DNA from: an uncultured Hoeflea sp.
GTDB lineage: Bacteria > Pseudomonadota > Alphaproteobacteria > Rhizobiales > Rhizobiaceae
Direction: 5' to 3'
DNA length: 64,000 nt
NCBI RefSeq assembly: GCF_947501405.1
Contig: NZ_CANMVK010000004.1
Coordinates: 112,843 to 176,842, forward strand
Under the pieces are notes generated by a model, which searched no databases, was not told the DNA's origin, and was given only the letters and a program-made list of their open reading frames with translations. Position numbers and translations under genes: made by a program. Below are positions 1 through 10,433 of this stretch, piece after piece. Within the stretch, counting starts at the first letter, position 1, and each line of letters begins with the position of its first letter.

Positions 1-33
1 CATCAGAGTCATGGTGCAGCCTTTCAGCGCCAT
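1..33 (-). CDS. tolB: Probable 5' end of TolB (partial, runs off the window)
   Basis: ATG at 33 preceded by AAGGAC RBS; only 11 codons visible (MALKGCTMTLM); identity inferred from position downstream of tolQRA. Confidence 0.5.
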   Translation of the reverse strand, partial: MALKGCTMTLM

Positions 34-87
34 TTCAAGTCCTTGTGGCGATTCCGCCAACGCGATCACATCAACGGGTCCTGCGCC

Positions 88-1113
88 TTAGAACATCTGA
101 CTGGGATCAAAGTTCACGATGACGTTGGACCAGGAGTCATATTTTTCCGCCGGCAACTGGTAGGGTTGGGATTTCAGAACCGCGCGCCTGGCGCTGCCTG
201 CAAGGGTGCGCCGCACGGCATCCGAGCCGCCGCTTGCCTGAACCTGTGGCTGACCAACAATGTTGCCCGACGGGTCGAGGCTCATGGTAACCGTCACCCT
301 GACATCACCGCCGTCGGCCATGCCCGGAATGATGTTCCAGTTGCGCTGGATCTGTCCGCGCAGCGCGTCCATCTCGCTCTGGCTCAGCGTATTGCCACGT
401 GTGGTGCGGGTTCCGCCCAGTGCTGCGGTTTCCGTCGAGCGTCTGGCGCCGCCGCCCTGAGCGTCCTGCTTGTTGAGCAGCGCCGCCACTTCATCAGCGT
501 TAAAATCGCTCTGCTTGGATGATGCTGTCTGTGAGGCGGATGGCTTGGGCGGTGTCGGCCGGGTCTGCGGCACCGGACCGGCACTTGGTAGCGCCGCAAA
601 TTGCGGCTCGGCGGGCGCAGCCTCGGCAATCGCTTCAGCGACCGGGTCCGGGTCCGGGTCGGTCGGCAGCGCAGCGACCTCGGCAGGTGCCGGCTCAGGC
701 GCCGGTTCCGGAGCTGGCGCGGGTTCAGCGGCCTCGACAGGCGCGGGCTCCGCTATCTCGGGTTCAGGCGCGGGCGCCGGTTTGTCGGCTGGTTCCGGCG
801 GGGCTTCCGAGACCACTTCCCGCAGGCTTGGTTCTGCAGCCGGAGCGGAATTCAGATCGACATCATTGTCGCCGACATTCTGGGCGTCCTGCACCGGTTC
901 GGGGCGCGTGGTCGGCACCGGGGCTGAACTCTCCTCCACTGGCGCGGTCTTTTCGCCCTGCTGGATCTGGGTCAGTTCCTCGACCGGAACGATACTCACC
1001 GGAAACGCCTCGACATCAGCCACCTCAAGCGTCCGCGGCGCCGTATAGGACGACAGCGCAAAGCCGAGCACCGCAGCGTGCAAAAGTGTCGATGTGGCGA
1101 GGCTCCCTTTCAT
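88..1113 (-). CDS. tolA: Cell envelope integrity protein TolA
   Basis: N-terminal TM anchor, long Pro/Ala/Glu-rich linker, TonB/TolA-type C-terminal domain (IQRNWN...VRVTVTMSLDPSG...FDPSQM); follows tolR. Confidence 0.9.
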   Translation of the reverse strand: MKGSLATSTLLHAAVLGFALSSYTAPRTLEVADVEAFPVSIVPVEELTQIQQGEKTAPVEESSAPVPTTRPEPVQDAQNVGDNDVDLNSAPAAEPSLREVVSEAPPEPADKPAPAPEPEIAEPAPVEAAEPAPAPEPAPEPAPAEVAALPTDPDPDPVAEAIAEAAPAEPQFAALPSAGPVPQTRPTPPKPSASQTASSKQSDFNADEVAALLNKQDAQGGGARRSTETAALGGTRTTRGNTLSQSEMDALRGQIQRNWNIIPGMADGGDVRVTVTMSLDPSGNIVGQPQVQASGGSDAVRRTLAGSARRAVLKSQPYQLPAEKYDSWSNVIVNFDPSQMF

Positions 1114-1123
1114 CGGCGCGCCG

Positions 1124-1576
<453 letters not shown>

Positions 1577-1585
1577 ACCGGCCTC

Positions 1586-2302
1586 CTATTCCGCAGCCTG
1601 GCGGGCGTTCATCCGCTCGTCGATCTGGCGCGACAAAATGCCGGAGAATTCATCGGCAAAGCCTTCCATCCGCGCCGACAGCTTGCCGGCATCGGAGGAA
1701 AACTTGTTGTAGGCAATCACTGCGGGAATTGCGGCCAGCAGACCGATCGCGGTGGCAAGCAAGGCCTCGGCGATGCCGGGCGCCACAACCGCGAGGTTGG
1801 TCGATTTCGATCCGGCGATGGCCTGAAACGAGGTCATGATGCCGACCACGGTACCGAACAGGCCGATAAACGGCGCCGCAGACCCGATCGAGGCCAGCGA
1901 CCCGAGCTTGCCTTCCAGATGTTCTGCCTCGCGGGCCAGCGTTACGTCCATCGCCTTGTCGATGCGCATCTGCAGCCCGATTGGAGATTTGGCGCCGCGC
2001 TCGAAGGACTTCTTCCACTCCTGCATCGCGGCCACGAAGATCGCACCCATGCCGGTGGTCTTGCGGTCCGAGAGGGTCCGGTAGAGCTCCTCGAGCGATT
2101 GGCCCGACCAGAAGACCTGCTCGAACTGATCTAGCTGCCGCCGGAACTTGCCGAACGAAATCCATTTGTCCGCAACGATGGCCCAGGTCCAGATCGATGC
2201 CCCGACAAGCCCGAGCATGACCAGTTTGACCACCAGGCCCGCCTGCATGAAGAGCGACCAGAGGGTAACCTCGCTGGTTGCCGCCAATCCAACCTGTTCC
2301 AT
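1586..2302 (-). CDS. tolQ: TolQ
   Basis: APFIGLFGTVVGIMTSF and APGIAEALLATAIGL helices; upstream of tolR. Confidence 0.96.
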   Translation of the reverse strand: MEQVGLAATSEVTLWSLFMQAGLVVKLVMLGLVGASIWTWAIVADKWISFGKFRRQLDQFEQVFWSGQSLEELYRTLSDRKTTGMGAIFVAAMQEWKKSFERGAKSPIGLQMRIDKAMDVTLAREAEHLEGKLGSLASIGSAAPFIGLFGTVVGIMTSFQAIAGSKSTNLAVVAPGIAEALLATAIGLLAAIPAVIAYNKFSSDAGKLSARMEGFADEFSGILSRQIDERMNARQAAE

Positions 2303-2481
2303 TCACATAACCTCGAATCCAAACGCCCGGTTGGTCTACCGGGCGGCCAAGACGTCACATTTGCCGAAAATCCAGAAGTGCGCGATCGCCGCCTATTCAC
2401 TTCTCAGGACTTCTCGCGGCCAATTTTGGTCAAAGGATGGCGCATATGATCCGCGCAATCCTCACGATTGGATTCATAAAT

Positions 2482-2504
2482 GGTTATGGTTAAGGCTTGG
2501 TTAG
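2482..2504 (-). promoter_or_regulatory. CtrA-like box upstream of tolQ
   Basis: TTAA-GGCTTGG-TTAG at 2490-2504 (one mismatch to TTAA-N7-TTAA); minus strand contains TTAACCAT. Confidence 0.55.
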
Positions 2505-2580
2505 GATTCCGGTGGCCTGCCCGGGCAATGCCCAAAACATCAGCCATGGCCTCAACCCGCCCAACGGCGACCTGGTTTGA

Positions 2581-3042
2581 TCAGGATTTGACCGTCGCGG
2601 CCGCACCGACCCCGAATTTTTCGGCCAGCGCATCGGGCAGCCGCCGGGCCCGTCCGAGCCCGTTGATCACAGCCACGGTGACGCGCGCGCTGGCGAGAAG
2701 ATGGTCTTCCCGCGAGATTGTCTGGTTAAGCATCATGCGTGCGCCGCGCACCTCCTCGGACAGGGTCATGATGGTCAGCACATCGTCCATCCGGGCGGGG
2801 GATTTGAAATCGATCTCCATGCGCCGCACCACGAAAGCGGTGGCCTCCGCCGGATCCTGTTCCGCGTGCAAGGCACCTTGCGACACCCCCAGAAGCCGGA
2901 TGAAATCGGTGCGGCCACGCTCAAAGAAGTGCAGGTAGCGGGCATGGTAGACAAAGCCGGAGAAGTCCGTGTCTTCGTAATAGACCCGTTGCACAAGCTC
3001 GTGCCCACCCTCAATCAAACGGCCGGAGATGCAACTGGTCAT
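2581..3042 (-). CDS. ybgC: Tol-Pal-associated acyl-CoA thioesterase YbgC
   Basis: RVYYEDTDFSGFVYHARYLHFFERGRT hotdog-fold motif; upstream of tolQ. Confidence 0.95.
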   Translation of the reverse strand: MTSCISGRLIEGGHELVQRVYYEDTDFSGFVYHARYLHFFERGRTDFIRLLGVSQGALHAEQDPAEATAFVVRRMEIDFKSPARMDDVLTIMTLSEEVRGARMMLNQTISREDHLLASARVTVAVINGLGRARRLPDALAEKFGVGAAATVKS

Positions 3043-3379
3043 GGATGGGTCCCATATCGATCAAGGCTCGCCGCCACCCGCTGAGTTCAGCCCGCAACAG
3101 CATCGTCGTTGTTTCATAATTCCCATCCATCAGGATTGAAACCACGCCGGCAAATAAGATTTGAGCATGAAGATTGCGATTATGGACGGAGACGGTTGCG
3201 TGGTGTGGCCAAAATCGCTGCATCTGTCCGAGGCCGGTCAATGACGATCGAGCCTATCCGGGTATTGGGTTGGACGCCGGGTGCCCAGGCCCTGTTCCAA
3301 TCCAATATCGAGAGCCTGGTCAGCCGCTTTGCCGTCTGACGCGGCGACATCGGCAATTTTGTCTCAGGGCGAGGCGAAT

Positions 3380-3889
3380 TCAGAGATCGCCATCGTCCCA
3401 GATCAGGTGCTCGGTATGCTCCGGCAACGCCTCGATACGCTCGGCCAGAAAGACCGGCGGCAATGGCAGCGCCTCTAACACAGCGCGGGTGGCCGGGACC
3501 CATTTGAACTCAAGCGGGTTCTTGCCATCGACAACCTCGTGCACAATCCGGCCATCAGCCGCAAAGGCGAAATCCGAAGGCAGATCCATCAGGTAATACC
3601 AGCCGAATTCGTGCCAGGCCTTGTCTTCAAAATGGAAAAAATTCTCCACCAGAAACAAAAGCCGGCCGATGCTGGCCTCGACCCCGAGCTCTTCCTGCAT
3701 CTCCCTGACCAGGGTCGCGCGGCTGTCCTCGCCAAGCTCCGCCGTACCGCCGGGTATGGTCCAGAACGGCTCATGCACCGCGCGGTGGACCAGCAGGTAA
3801 CCGTCGCGCAGCGCCAGCCCCGCAACCCGGGCGTTGAAGCGCCGGCCCTGATCCTTGAAACGGATGGTGCGGCGGCCGGGTCCGGTCAT
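3380..3889 (-). CDS. NUDIX hydrolase
   Basis: Nudix box [24 protein letters not shown]; ATGA overlap with the ruvB stop. Confidence 0.9.
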   Translation of the reverse strand: MTGPGRRTIRFKDQGRRFNARVAGLALRDGYLLVHRAVHEPFWTIPGGTAELGEDSRATLVREMQEELGVEASIGRLLFLVENFFHFEDKAWHEFGWYYLMDLPSDFAFAADGRIVHEVVDGKNPLEFKWVPATRAVLEALPLPPVFLAERIEALPEHTEHLIWDDGDL

Positions 3890-4923
3890 TCTTCCTCGAA
3901 CAGGCTCGCCTGACTGGCGGCGAGATCCTTTGGCGGATTGAGCCCGATATGCCCCCAGGCGCGCGCCGTCATCACGCGGCCGCGCGGCGTGCGCTGCAAA
4001 AAGCCCTGCTGGATCAGATAGGGCTCGATGATGTCTTCAATCGCGTCGCGCGGCTCGGACAATCCCGCCGCGATGGTTTCGATCCCTACCGGCCCGCCAC
4101 CGAAATTCCGGGCGATCATGTCGAGATAGCGCCGATCGAGCTGATCCAGCCCGATGCTGTCCACCGACAGCCGGGTCAGTGCTTCGTCGGCGATTTTCTG
4201 CGTCACCGCCTCAGCCTTGGCCACTTCGGCGAAATCCCTGACCCGCCGGAGCAGCCGGCCGGCAATCCGCGGCGTACCGCGCGCCCGACGGGCGATCTCC
4301 AGCGCACCGTCATCGGTTATGCCAAGCCCCATGATTCGCGCCCCGCGCCGAACGATCAGTTCTAGCTCTTCGACGGTGTAAAACTGCAGCCGAACCGGAA
4401 TACCGAACCGGTCCCTGAGCGGTGTGGTGAGCAGCCCCAGCCGCGTGGTCGCCGCCACCAGCGTGAACCGCGACAGATCGATCTTCACCGAGCGCGCCGC
4501 CGGCCCCTCGCCGATGATCAGGTCGAGCTGGAAATCCTCCATCGCCGGATAGAGTATTTCTTCAACCGCCGGATTGAGCCGGTGGATCTCGTCGATGAAC
4601 AGCACATCGCGGTCCTCGAGATTGGTCAGAAGTGCAGCCAGATCGCCGGCCTTGGCGATCACCGGCCCCGAGGTGGAGCGGAAATTCACCCCCAGCTCCT
4701 TGGCCATGATCTGCGCCAGCGTGGTCTTGCCGAGCCCAGGCGGCCCGACGAACAACACATGGTCGAGCGCCTCGGCACGGCCCTTCGCGGCTTCGATAAA
4801 CACCTTGAGATTGGCCCGCGCCTCGGCCTGCCCGGTGAATTCGTCAAGCGACTGCGGACGCAAGGTCGCATCGACATCCTCGCCGCGCTTGTCCGGCGAT
4901 ATCAGGCGCTCAGCTTCACTCAT
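3886..4923 (-). CDS. ruvB: Holliday junction branch migration helicase RuvB
   Basis: [12 protein letters not shown], Walker [33 protein letters not shown]. Confidence 0.99.
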   Translation of the reverse strand: MSEAERLISPDKRGEDVDATLRPQSLDEFTGQAEARANLKVFIEAAKGRAEALDHVLFVGPPGLGKTTLAQIMAKELGVNFRSTSGPVIAKAGDLAALLTNLEDRDVLFIDEIHRLNPAVEEILYPAMEDFQLDLIIGEGPAARSVKIDLSRFTLVAATTRLGLLTTPLRDRFGIPVRLQFYTVEELELIVRRGARIMGLGITDDGALEIARRARGTPRIAGRLLRRVRDFAEVAKAEAVTQKIADEALTRLSVDSIGLDQLDRRYLDMIARNFGGGPVGIETIAAGLSEPRDAIEDIIEPYLIQQGFLQRTPRGRVMTARAWGHIGLNPPKDLAASQASLFEEE

Positions 4924-5318
4924 GCAAGCAGTTCCATTCCGTCCACCATTTTGGCGGCCTTTCGGTCAAAAGTCATGGTCTTCTCACACCCGTTTTCCCG
5001 GTTGATTCCGGCAATAATCACATCCGAAACATCCGGATGTGGTGAATGCAGCCAGTTCGCCCAACTCTCCATCCGCATAGTATCGGGAACCTTGATTTCC
5101 ACCGTGTCAAGCAATCCGGCCAGTTGGTTTCGTGCAACCTGCGGATCAATGCCATATGCCCGTTCGAGCACCCACGCCACCTCTGCGATCACGACCGGAT
5201 TGACGAACAATGGCCGGTCGCCGCTGCTCGCCTTGACCAATTCCACCGCGGCCGTGAATTGCTGCGGGTCATCCCGTGTCAGCAGCCGGACGAGAATGCT
5301 GGTATCAATCCCGATCAC
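4920..5318 (-). CDS. vapC: PIN-domain (VapC-type) toxin
   Basis: GTG start at 5318 ([12 protein letters not shown]); acidic PIN residues in DTS, IAEVAW, DVSD, TFD; overlaps the upstream antitoxin by 14 nt and ruvB by 4 nt. Confidence 0.88.
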   Translation of the reverse strand: MIGIDTSILVRLLTRDDPQQFTAAVELVKASSGDRPLFVNPVVIAEVAWVLERAYGIDPQVARNQLAGLLDTVEIKVPDTMRMESWANWLHSPHPDVSDVIIAGINRENGCEKTMTFDRKAAKMVDGMELLA

Positions 5319-5571
5319 GCGATCGTCCGTGCCGCTGAGAGATGGCGGAACCAATGGCCCGGTTCATGTCCCTAACGGACACCGGCGCACGGTCTGGTGC
5401 GTGCAGAACTCCCGCAAACTCGAGCGCACTTCTGTTTTTGGGCACAATCGTGACCTTACCGTCAACGATTTCGTAGCCAATCCGGTCTCCGGCTTCGAGT
5501 CGCAAAAACTCCCGCACTTCAACCGGAATGGTGGTTTGGCCCTTGGCCGTTATCTTGGACTCCGCGCCCAC
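5305..5571 (-). CDS. AbrB/MazE/SpoVT-family antitoxin
   Basis: SKITAKGQTTIPVEVREFLRLEAGD swapped-hairpin signature; AAGGA RBS; directly upstream of the PIN gene. Confidence 0.88.
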   Translation of the reverse strand: MGAESKITAKGQTTIPVEVREFLRLEAGDRIGYEIVDGKVTIVPKNRSALEFAGVLHAPDRAPVSVRDMNRAIGSAISQRHGRSRDRD

Positions 5572-5589
5572 TTCCTTGCATCCTTCAAA

Positions 5590-5632
5590 TTCCTTACTTT
5601 TCTATTCTAGTAAGGAAACCAGCCAAGGGCAA
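5590..5632 (-). promoter_or_regulatory. Sigma70 promoter and inverted-repeat operator of the TA module
   Basis: TTGCCC(5632-5627)-17 nt-TAGAAT(5609-5604); perfect 9-bp inverted repeat TTCCTTACT-N10-AGTAAGGAA (5590-5617) flanking the -10. Confidence 0.7.
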
Positions 5633-5638
5633 GGAATG

Positions 5639-6256
5639 TCATCGCGCCAGTTCCTTCAACCCGAGCCGGATCAGTTTGGCCGAATCGGCGCCTTCGCCCG
5701 CTTCCTTCATCGCCGCGGCGACCGCATTGGCGGCCTGATCGCGCGAATAGCCGAGATTGCTAAGCGCCGATACCGCATCGGCCACCGGCGCCGACGCCAC
5801 TCCTTCGCCCAGTTCCTGCTTCAGCCCGATGGCGCCGCCGGCCTCGCCTGCCAGCGCCGGCGCCTTGTTCTTGAGTTCGGTGACAATCCGCTCCGCCACC
5901 TTCTTGCCGACGCCGGGCGCGCGGCTGACCATGGCGATGTCGCGCAGCGCGATCGCATTGGCAATTTCCGAACCGCTCAGCGTCGACAGCACCGCCAGCG
6001 CCACTTTCGCGCCGACGCCCTGGACATTTTGCAGCAGCCGGAACCATTCCCGCTCAAGCGCGGTCTCGAAGCCGAACAGCTTGAGCTGATCCTCACGCAC
6101 ATAGGTTTCGATAAACACCGCCGCCGCCTCGCCCGGCGACCCGAGCCGCGACAGGGTCCGCGCCGAGCAGAACGCCACGTAACAGACCCCGTGCACATCG
6201 ATGAGCACATGGTCGTCGCCGATTTCCTCGATGGTGCCTTTGAGTTTGCCAATCAT
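5639..6256 (-). CDS. ruvA: RuvA
   Basis: MIGKLKG start at 6256; [10 protein letters not shown] and [11 protein letters not shown] HhH motifs; ALSNLGYS C-terminal domain. Confidence 0.98.
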   Translation of the reverse strand: MIGKLKGTIEEIGDDHVLIDVHGVCYVAFCSARTLSRLGSPGEAAAVFIETYVREDQLKLFGFETALEREWFRLLQNVQGVGAKVALAVLSTLSGSEIANAIALRDIAMVSRAPGVGKKVAERIVTELKNKAPALAGEAGGAIGLKQELGEGVASAPVADAVSALSNLGYSRDQAANAVAAAMKEAGEGADSAKLIRLGLKELAR

Positions 6257-6266
6257 CCAGGTGTCC

Positions 6267-6773
6267 TCATTCCGCCGCCATGCGCCAGGCCGGCGAACTC
6301 CGATGGTGCGCGTGGCAAATGGCGATAGCAAGCGCATCCGCGGCGTCGTCGCTGTCGAAAGACGCCTTGGGCATCAGCACCTTTACCATCATGTGAATCT
6401 GCTTCTTGTCGCCATGGCCGACGCCGATCACCGCCTTTTTGACCGCGTTGGGCGCATATTCGGCCACCCTCAGTCCCGCCCGCGATGGCGCCAGCATGGC
6501 GATGCCGCGGGCCTGACCGAGTTTCAGCGTCGCCGTCGCATCCTTGTTGACAAAAGTATGCTCCACCGCCGCTTCAAACGGGCGGTAGAGATGCAACACC
6601 TCTTCCAGCCCGTCATAGAGCTGGTTCAGCCGCGAGGCGAGATCAAGCTTATTGTCGGATTTCACGGTTCCCGAGGCGACAAAACGAAGCGAATTGCCAA
6701 GCGTCTCGATGACGCCCCACCCGGTGCGCCTGAGCCCCGGGTCCACGCCGATGATTCGAATCGCCTCTGCCAT
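6267..6773 (-). CDS. ruvC: Crossover junction endodeoxyribonuclease RuvC
   Basis: [32 protein letters not shown]. Confidence 0.98.
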   Translation of the reverse strand: MAEAIRIIGVDPGLRRTGWGVIETLGNSLRFVASGTVKSDNKLDLASRLNQLYDGLEEVLHLYRPFEAAVEHTFVNKDATATLKLGQARGIAMLAPSRAGLRVAEYAPNAVKKAVIGVGHGDKKQIHMMVKVLMPKASFDSDDAADALAIAICHAHHRSSPAWRMAAE

Positions 6774-6918
6774 GTACAAAACCCTATCTGTGACAGCGTC
6801 AGGTTTCCATTGAAAATGTGAACAAACCAAAAACAAACGCCCACGAGACGTGGTTTTGGCTTTTTGGCCACGGCATCCCTACATGGGGGTATCTTGCAGC
6901 ACTGTAGAAAGCCCGCCC

Positions 6919-7905
6919 ATGACCGCATTCTCCATTCTCGATCTCTGCCCCATTGTAGAAGGCGGCGACGCAAGCCAGGCGCTGACGCAGACCCGGCAGA
7001 TGGCCGAGACCGCCGAGCAGGCGGGCTTCACGCGCTTCTGGCTGGCCGAACATCACGGCATGGCGGGCATTGCCAGCGCCGCTACCGCGCTGGTCATCGC
7101 CGAGGCCGGCCATGCCACAAGCACCATCCGCATCGGCTCGGGCGGGATCATGCTGCCCAATCACTCGCCGCTGGTGATCGCCGAGCAGTTCGGAACGCTT
7201 GAGGCGCTGTTTCCGGGCCGGGTCGATCTCGGCCTCGGCCGCGCGCCGGGAACCGATGTCGCCACCGCCCGCGCCCTGCGCCGCAATCTCGAAGCGGGCG
7301 CCAATTCCTTCCCCGACGACATTGTTGAATTGCAGCACCTGCTGGGTGAACCGGGCGGCCATCCGCTGACCGCAGTCCCCGGGGCAGGCTCGAATGTGCC
7401 GATCTGGATCCTGGGATCGAGCCTTTACAGCGCCCATCTGGCAGCCGCCCTTGGCCTGCCCTATGCCTTCGCGTCTCATTTCGCCCCGGATCTGCTGGGT
7501 GAGGCCCTTGCCATTTACCGCGACCGTTTCACGCCGTCCGCGCAACTGGAGGCGCCCTATGTCATGGCGGCTGTGATGGGTGTGATGGCCGACACCGATG
7601 ACGAGGCCGCTTTTCTCTACACAACGCTGCAGCAGACTTTCGTCAACATGCGCCGCAACGCCCGCGGCAAGATGCCCAGGCCGGTTGAGAGCATGGACGG
7701 GGTCTGGTCGGAGATGGAAAAGATCGCGGTCGAGCACACGCTGTGCTACGCGGTGGTCGGCGGGCCGGACACTGCCACGGCCAGGATGCGTGACTTCATC
7801 GCCGAGACCGGTGCCGATGAAATCATCATCTCCATGCCGATCCATGCGATCGGGGCGCGGCTCAAATCCGTGCAGCTCTTTGGCCGGATGCGCGAAAGCC
7901 TTTGA
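6919..7905 (+). CDS. LLM-class (luciferase-like) flavin-dependent oxidoreductase
   Basis: [44 protein letters not shown]; start at MTAFSILDL. Confidence 0.93.
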   Translation: MTAFSILDLCPIVEGGDASQALTQTRQMAETAEQAGFTRFWLAEHHGMAGIASAATALVIAEAGHATSTIRIGSGGIMLPNHSPLVIAEQFGTLEALFPGRVDLGLGRAPGTDVATARALRRNLEAGANSFPDDIVELQHLLGEPGGHPLTAVPGAGSNVPIWILGSSLYSAHLAAALGLPYAFASHFAPDLLGEALAIYRDRFTPSAQLEAPYVMAAVMGVMADTDDEAAFLYTTLQQTFVNMRRNARGKMPRPVESMDGVWSEMEKIAVEHTLCYAVVGGPDTATARMRDFIAETGADEIIISMPIHAIGARLKSVQLFGRMRESL

Positions 7906-7924
7906 GCCTGGCCTTCAGGACCAG

Positions 7925-7956
7925 AAAACGAAACCGCCGGCCCCTGGGACCGGCGG
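7925..7956 (-). terminator. Probable intrinsic terminator downstream of yebC
   Basis: CCGCCGG/CCGGCGG stem with a T-rich tail on the minus strand, between convergent genes. Confidence 0.55.
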
Positions 7957-8010
7957 CGATTGACTAAATACAAGCGGATACCAGGCCGGCCGAGGCCAGG
8001 CCAACAGAGG

Positions 8011-8757
8011 TCAGGCCGAAAGCTTGGCCATCACCTCGTCGGACACTTCGAAATTGGCGTAGACATTCTGGACGTCGTCGTCATCGTCGAGCGTGGCGAT
8101 CAGTCGAAGCACCGATTGCGCCTTGTCCTCATCCACCGGCGTCAAGGTTTGCGGCTTCCACACAGCCTTGATCGACTGCGCTTCGCCGAGTGCTTCTTCG
8201 AGCGCCGTGGAGACCTCGCCAATATCCTCAAACGCGCAGATGATCACATGCTCATCCTCGCTGCTGGTCACGTCTTCGGCACCCGCCATGATCGCCGCTT
8301 CCATCAGGGCGTCAGCATCACCGGCTTCCGGCGAATAAATGATCTCGCCAACCCGATCGAACATGAAGCCGACCGATCCGGTTTCGCCCAGCGCCCCGCC
8401 TGATTTGGTAAAGGCTGCGCGTACTGTCGAGGCGGTGCGGTTGCGGTTGTCGGTCAGCGCTTCGACGATGACCGCGACGCCGCCCGGGCCATAACCCTCA
8501 TAGCGCACTTCCTCGTAACTCTCGCTGTCGCCGCCCGACGCCTTGTTGACGGCGCGCTGGATGTTGTCCTTGGGCATCGACTGCGATTTGGCATTCTGGA
8601 TCGCCAGCCGCAGACGCGGATTCATCGCCGGATCGGGCGAGCCCATCTTGGCCGCGACCGTGATTTCACGTGCGAGTTTGGAAAACATCTTGGAACGAAC
8701 GGCATCTTGCCGTCCCTTGCGGTGCATGATGTTCTTGAATTGTGAGTGGCCGGCCAT
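8011..8757 (-). CDS. yebC: YebC/PmpR-family protein
   Basis: [41 protein letters not shown]. Confidence 0.97.
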   Translation of the reverse strand: MAGHSQFKNIMHRKGRQDAVRSKMFSKLAREITVAAKMGSPDPAMNPRLRLAIQNAKSQSMPKDNIQRAVNKASGGDSESYEEVRYEGYGPGGVAVIVEALTDNRNRTASTVRAAFTKSGGALGETGSVGFMFDRVGEIIYSPEAGDADALMEAAIMAGAEDVTSSEDEHVIICAFEDIGEVSTALEEALGEAQSIKAVWKPQTLTPVDEDKAQSVLRLIATLDDDDDVQNVYANFEVSDEVMAKLSA

Positions 8758-8852
8758 GAAGCACCTGATCTTTGCAACGGGTCTGGATTGGCCGCCTTAT
8801 AAAACCGATCCCCTGTTTCGTCCAGAAGGGACAAGTCACGGAGCCGCATGCC

Positions 8853-9338
8853 ATGTTAAAACCTGAAACAGCGCCGCTAGAGCCACCCATGCCGCTGACC
8901 GGCGGGTGCCAATGCGGGCGCATTCGCTACCGGCTCAGTGCAAAGCCGCTGGTGTTTTATCTGTGCCATTGCAAGGAGTGTCAGCGCCAGACCTCCTCAG
9001 CTTTCGGTGAAAGTCTGCGCTTTGCCCGCGACGTCCTCGAGGTTGACGGTGAGTTGGCCGTGTTCCGCCGCACCAGTGATGCCGGCAATGCGCGCGAAGG
9101 CTGGTATTGCACCGATTGCGGCGTGCGCATCTGGCACGGCACGCAAGGGTCATCGGAAATCAACATCAAGGCCGGCACGCTGGATGACACCTCCTGGCTC
9201 GCTCCTGCCGGCCATATCTGGACCCGCTCCAAACAGTCCTTTGTCACGATCGCCGAGCACGAACTCGCCTATGACGGCCAGCCCGATGACGATTACCAGG
9301 CTCTGCGGGACCGGTGGTTTCAGATGCTCACAGGCTGA
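8853..9338 (+). CDS. GFA/CENP-V family Zn-binding protein
   Basis: GGCQCG, CHCKECQR, CTDCG, HIWTRSK motifs; start could be 8853 or 8889. Confidence 0.9.
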   Translation: MLKPETAPLEPPMPLTGGCQCGRIRYRLSAKPLVFYLCHCKECQRQTSSAFGESLRFARDVLEVDGELAVFRRTSDAGNAREGWYCTDCGVRIWHGTQGSSEINIKAGTLDDTSWLAPAGHIWTRSKQSFVTIAEHELAYDGQPDDDYQALRDRWFQMLTG

Positions 9339-9442
9339 CGAAACGGTGCCGTCAGACTGCCAGGCCTTCGAGAAGGTCTAAATCCGGCTCCGGTTGCGCC
9401 CATTGCCGGGCTTTACCTCGTCATGCCGCGCGCTACACTTGA

Positions 9443-10384
9443 ATGTCTACGACAGGCAACGCGCGGAGCGACATCATGCCCTGGACGCCCATGCCCACCA
9501 TGCCGACAGCCCTCATGTCGAAACTCCGGATACCGGAATTTCGGATGCCGGAGGTCTGGCTGACCGCCCTGATGTTCATACTGGTCCTGATGTGGCTGCC
9601 AACGACGGCGTCCGCGCAGCAAACCCGCCAGCCCTTCAGCCAGTGCCTGGCGGTGGCGCAGGCGCTGCCTGGCGCGATCTACGCCAACTTTACCCCTGGC
9701 ACCAAAACGCAAAACCCAATATTGGCCCAAGCCCGCTCCAGTGAGGTGGAGATCGCTTTCGCCGGGCATTCGACCTATGTCATTACGACACCATCGGGTG
9801 TCACCATCGCCACCGATTACAACGGCTGGTCCGGTCATGTGTCGGTCCCGCGCGTCGTCACCATGAACAAGGCGCACTCCTCACACTTCACATTGTCGCC
9901 GGACGAACGCATCGAGCATGTGTTGCGCGGCTGGAACTTCGATCAGACCCCGGCAGATCACAATGTGGTGGTTGACGACGTCTATGTCCGCAACGTCACC
10001 ACCGACATTCGCAATTTCGGCACCATGGAAGCAGATGGCAACTCGATTTTCATTTTCGAAGTCGCCGATCTGTGCATCGGCCATCTGGGCCATCTCCACC
10101 ATCCGCTCGAGGACAAACATTTCGCAAAAATCGGCAGGCTCGACATCGTCATGGTTCCCGTCGATGGCGGGCTGACTCTCAGCCATGAAGCCATGACCGG
10201 AATCGCCCGGCGGCTGCAATCCTCGATCCTCTTGCCGATGCATCGCCGCGGCGCGCCGCTGTCGAGTTTCATCCAGATGATGGGCGACAGTTTCGCGACC
10301 GATTTCGTGGCCTCGGACAGATTTACCGTCTCGGCGCGGACGTTGCCGCGGCGTCCGACCATTCTGGTGCTCGACGGCGTATAG
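9443..10384 (+). CDS. Secreted MBL-fold metallo-hydrolase
   Basis: Signal-peptide-like segment ending ASA-QQ; GHST, NKAHSSH, HLGHL, PMH motifs; true start probably downstream of 9443. Confidence 0.8.
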   Translation: MSTTGNARSDIMPWTPMPTMPTALMSKLRIPEFRMPEVWLTALMFILVLMWLPTTASAQQTRQPFSQCLAVAQALPGAIYANFTPGTKTQNPILAQARSSEVEIAFAGHSTYVITTPSGVTIATDYNGWSGHVSVPRVVTMNKAHSSHFTLSPDERIEHVLRGWNFDQTPADHNVVVDDVYVRNVTTDIRNFGTMEADGNSIFIFEVADLCIGHLGHLHHPLEDKHFAKIGRLDIVMVPVDGGLTLSHEAMTGIARRLQSSILLPMHRRGAPLSSFIQMMGDSFATDFVASDRFTVSARTLPRRPTILVLDGV

Positions 10385-10433
10385 GACGCCGTGCCAAGAA
10401 TGGACGGCGCACTCAATACGAAAAGGACCGGAT

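Noticed and set aside
560-900. Short tandem repeats in tolA (GGGTCC x3; EPAP/PAPE units)
   Set aside because: Normal low-complexity TolA linker; not an array or contingency locus
6850-7905. LLM gene interrupting yebC-ruvC
   Set aside because: Common, widely scattered family with no accompanying reductase or transporter; a simple insertion is enough to explain it
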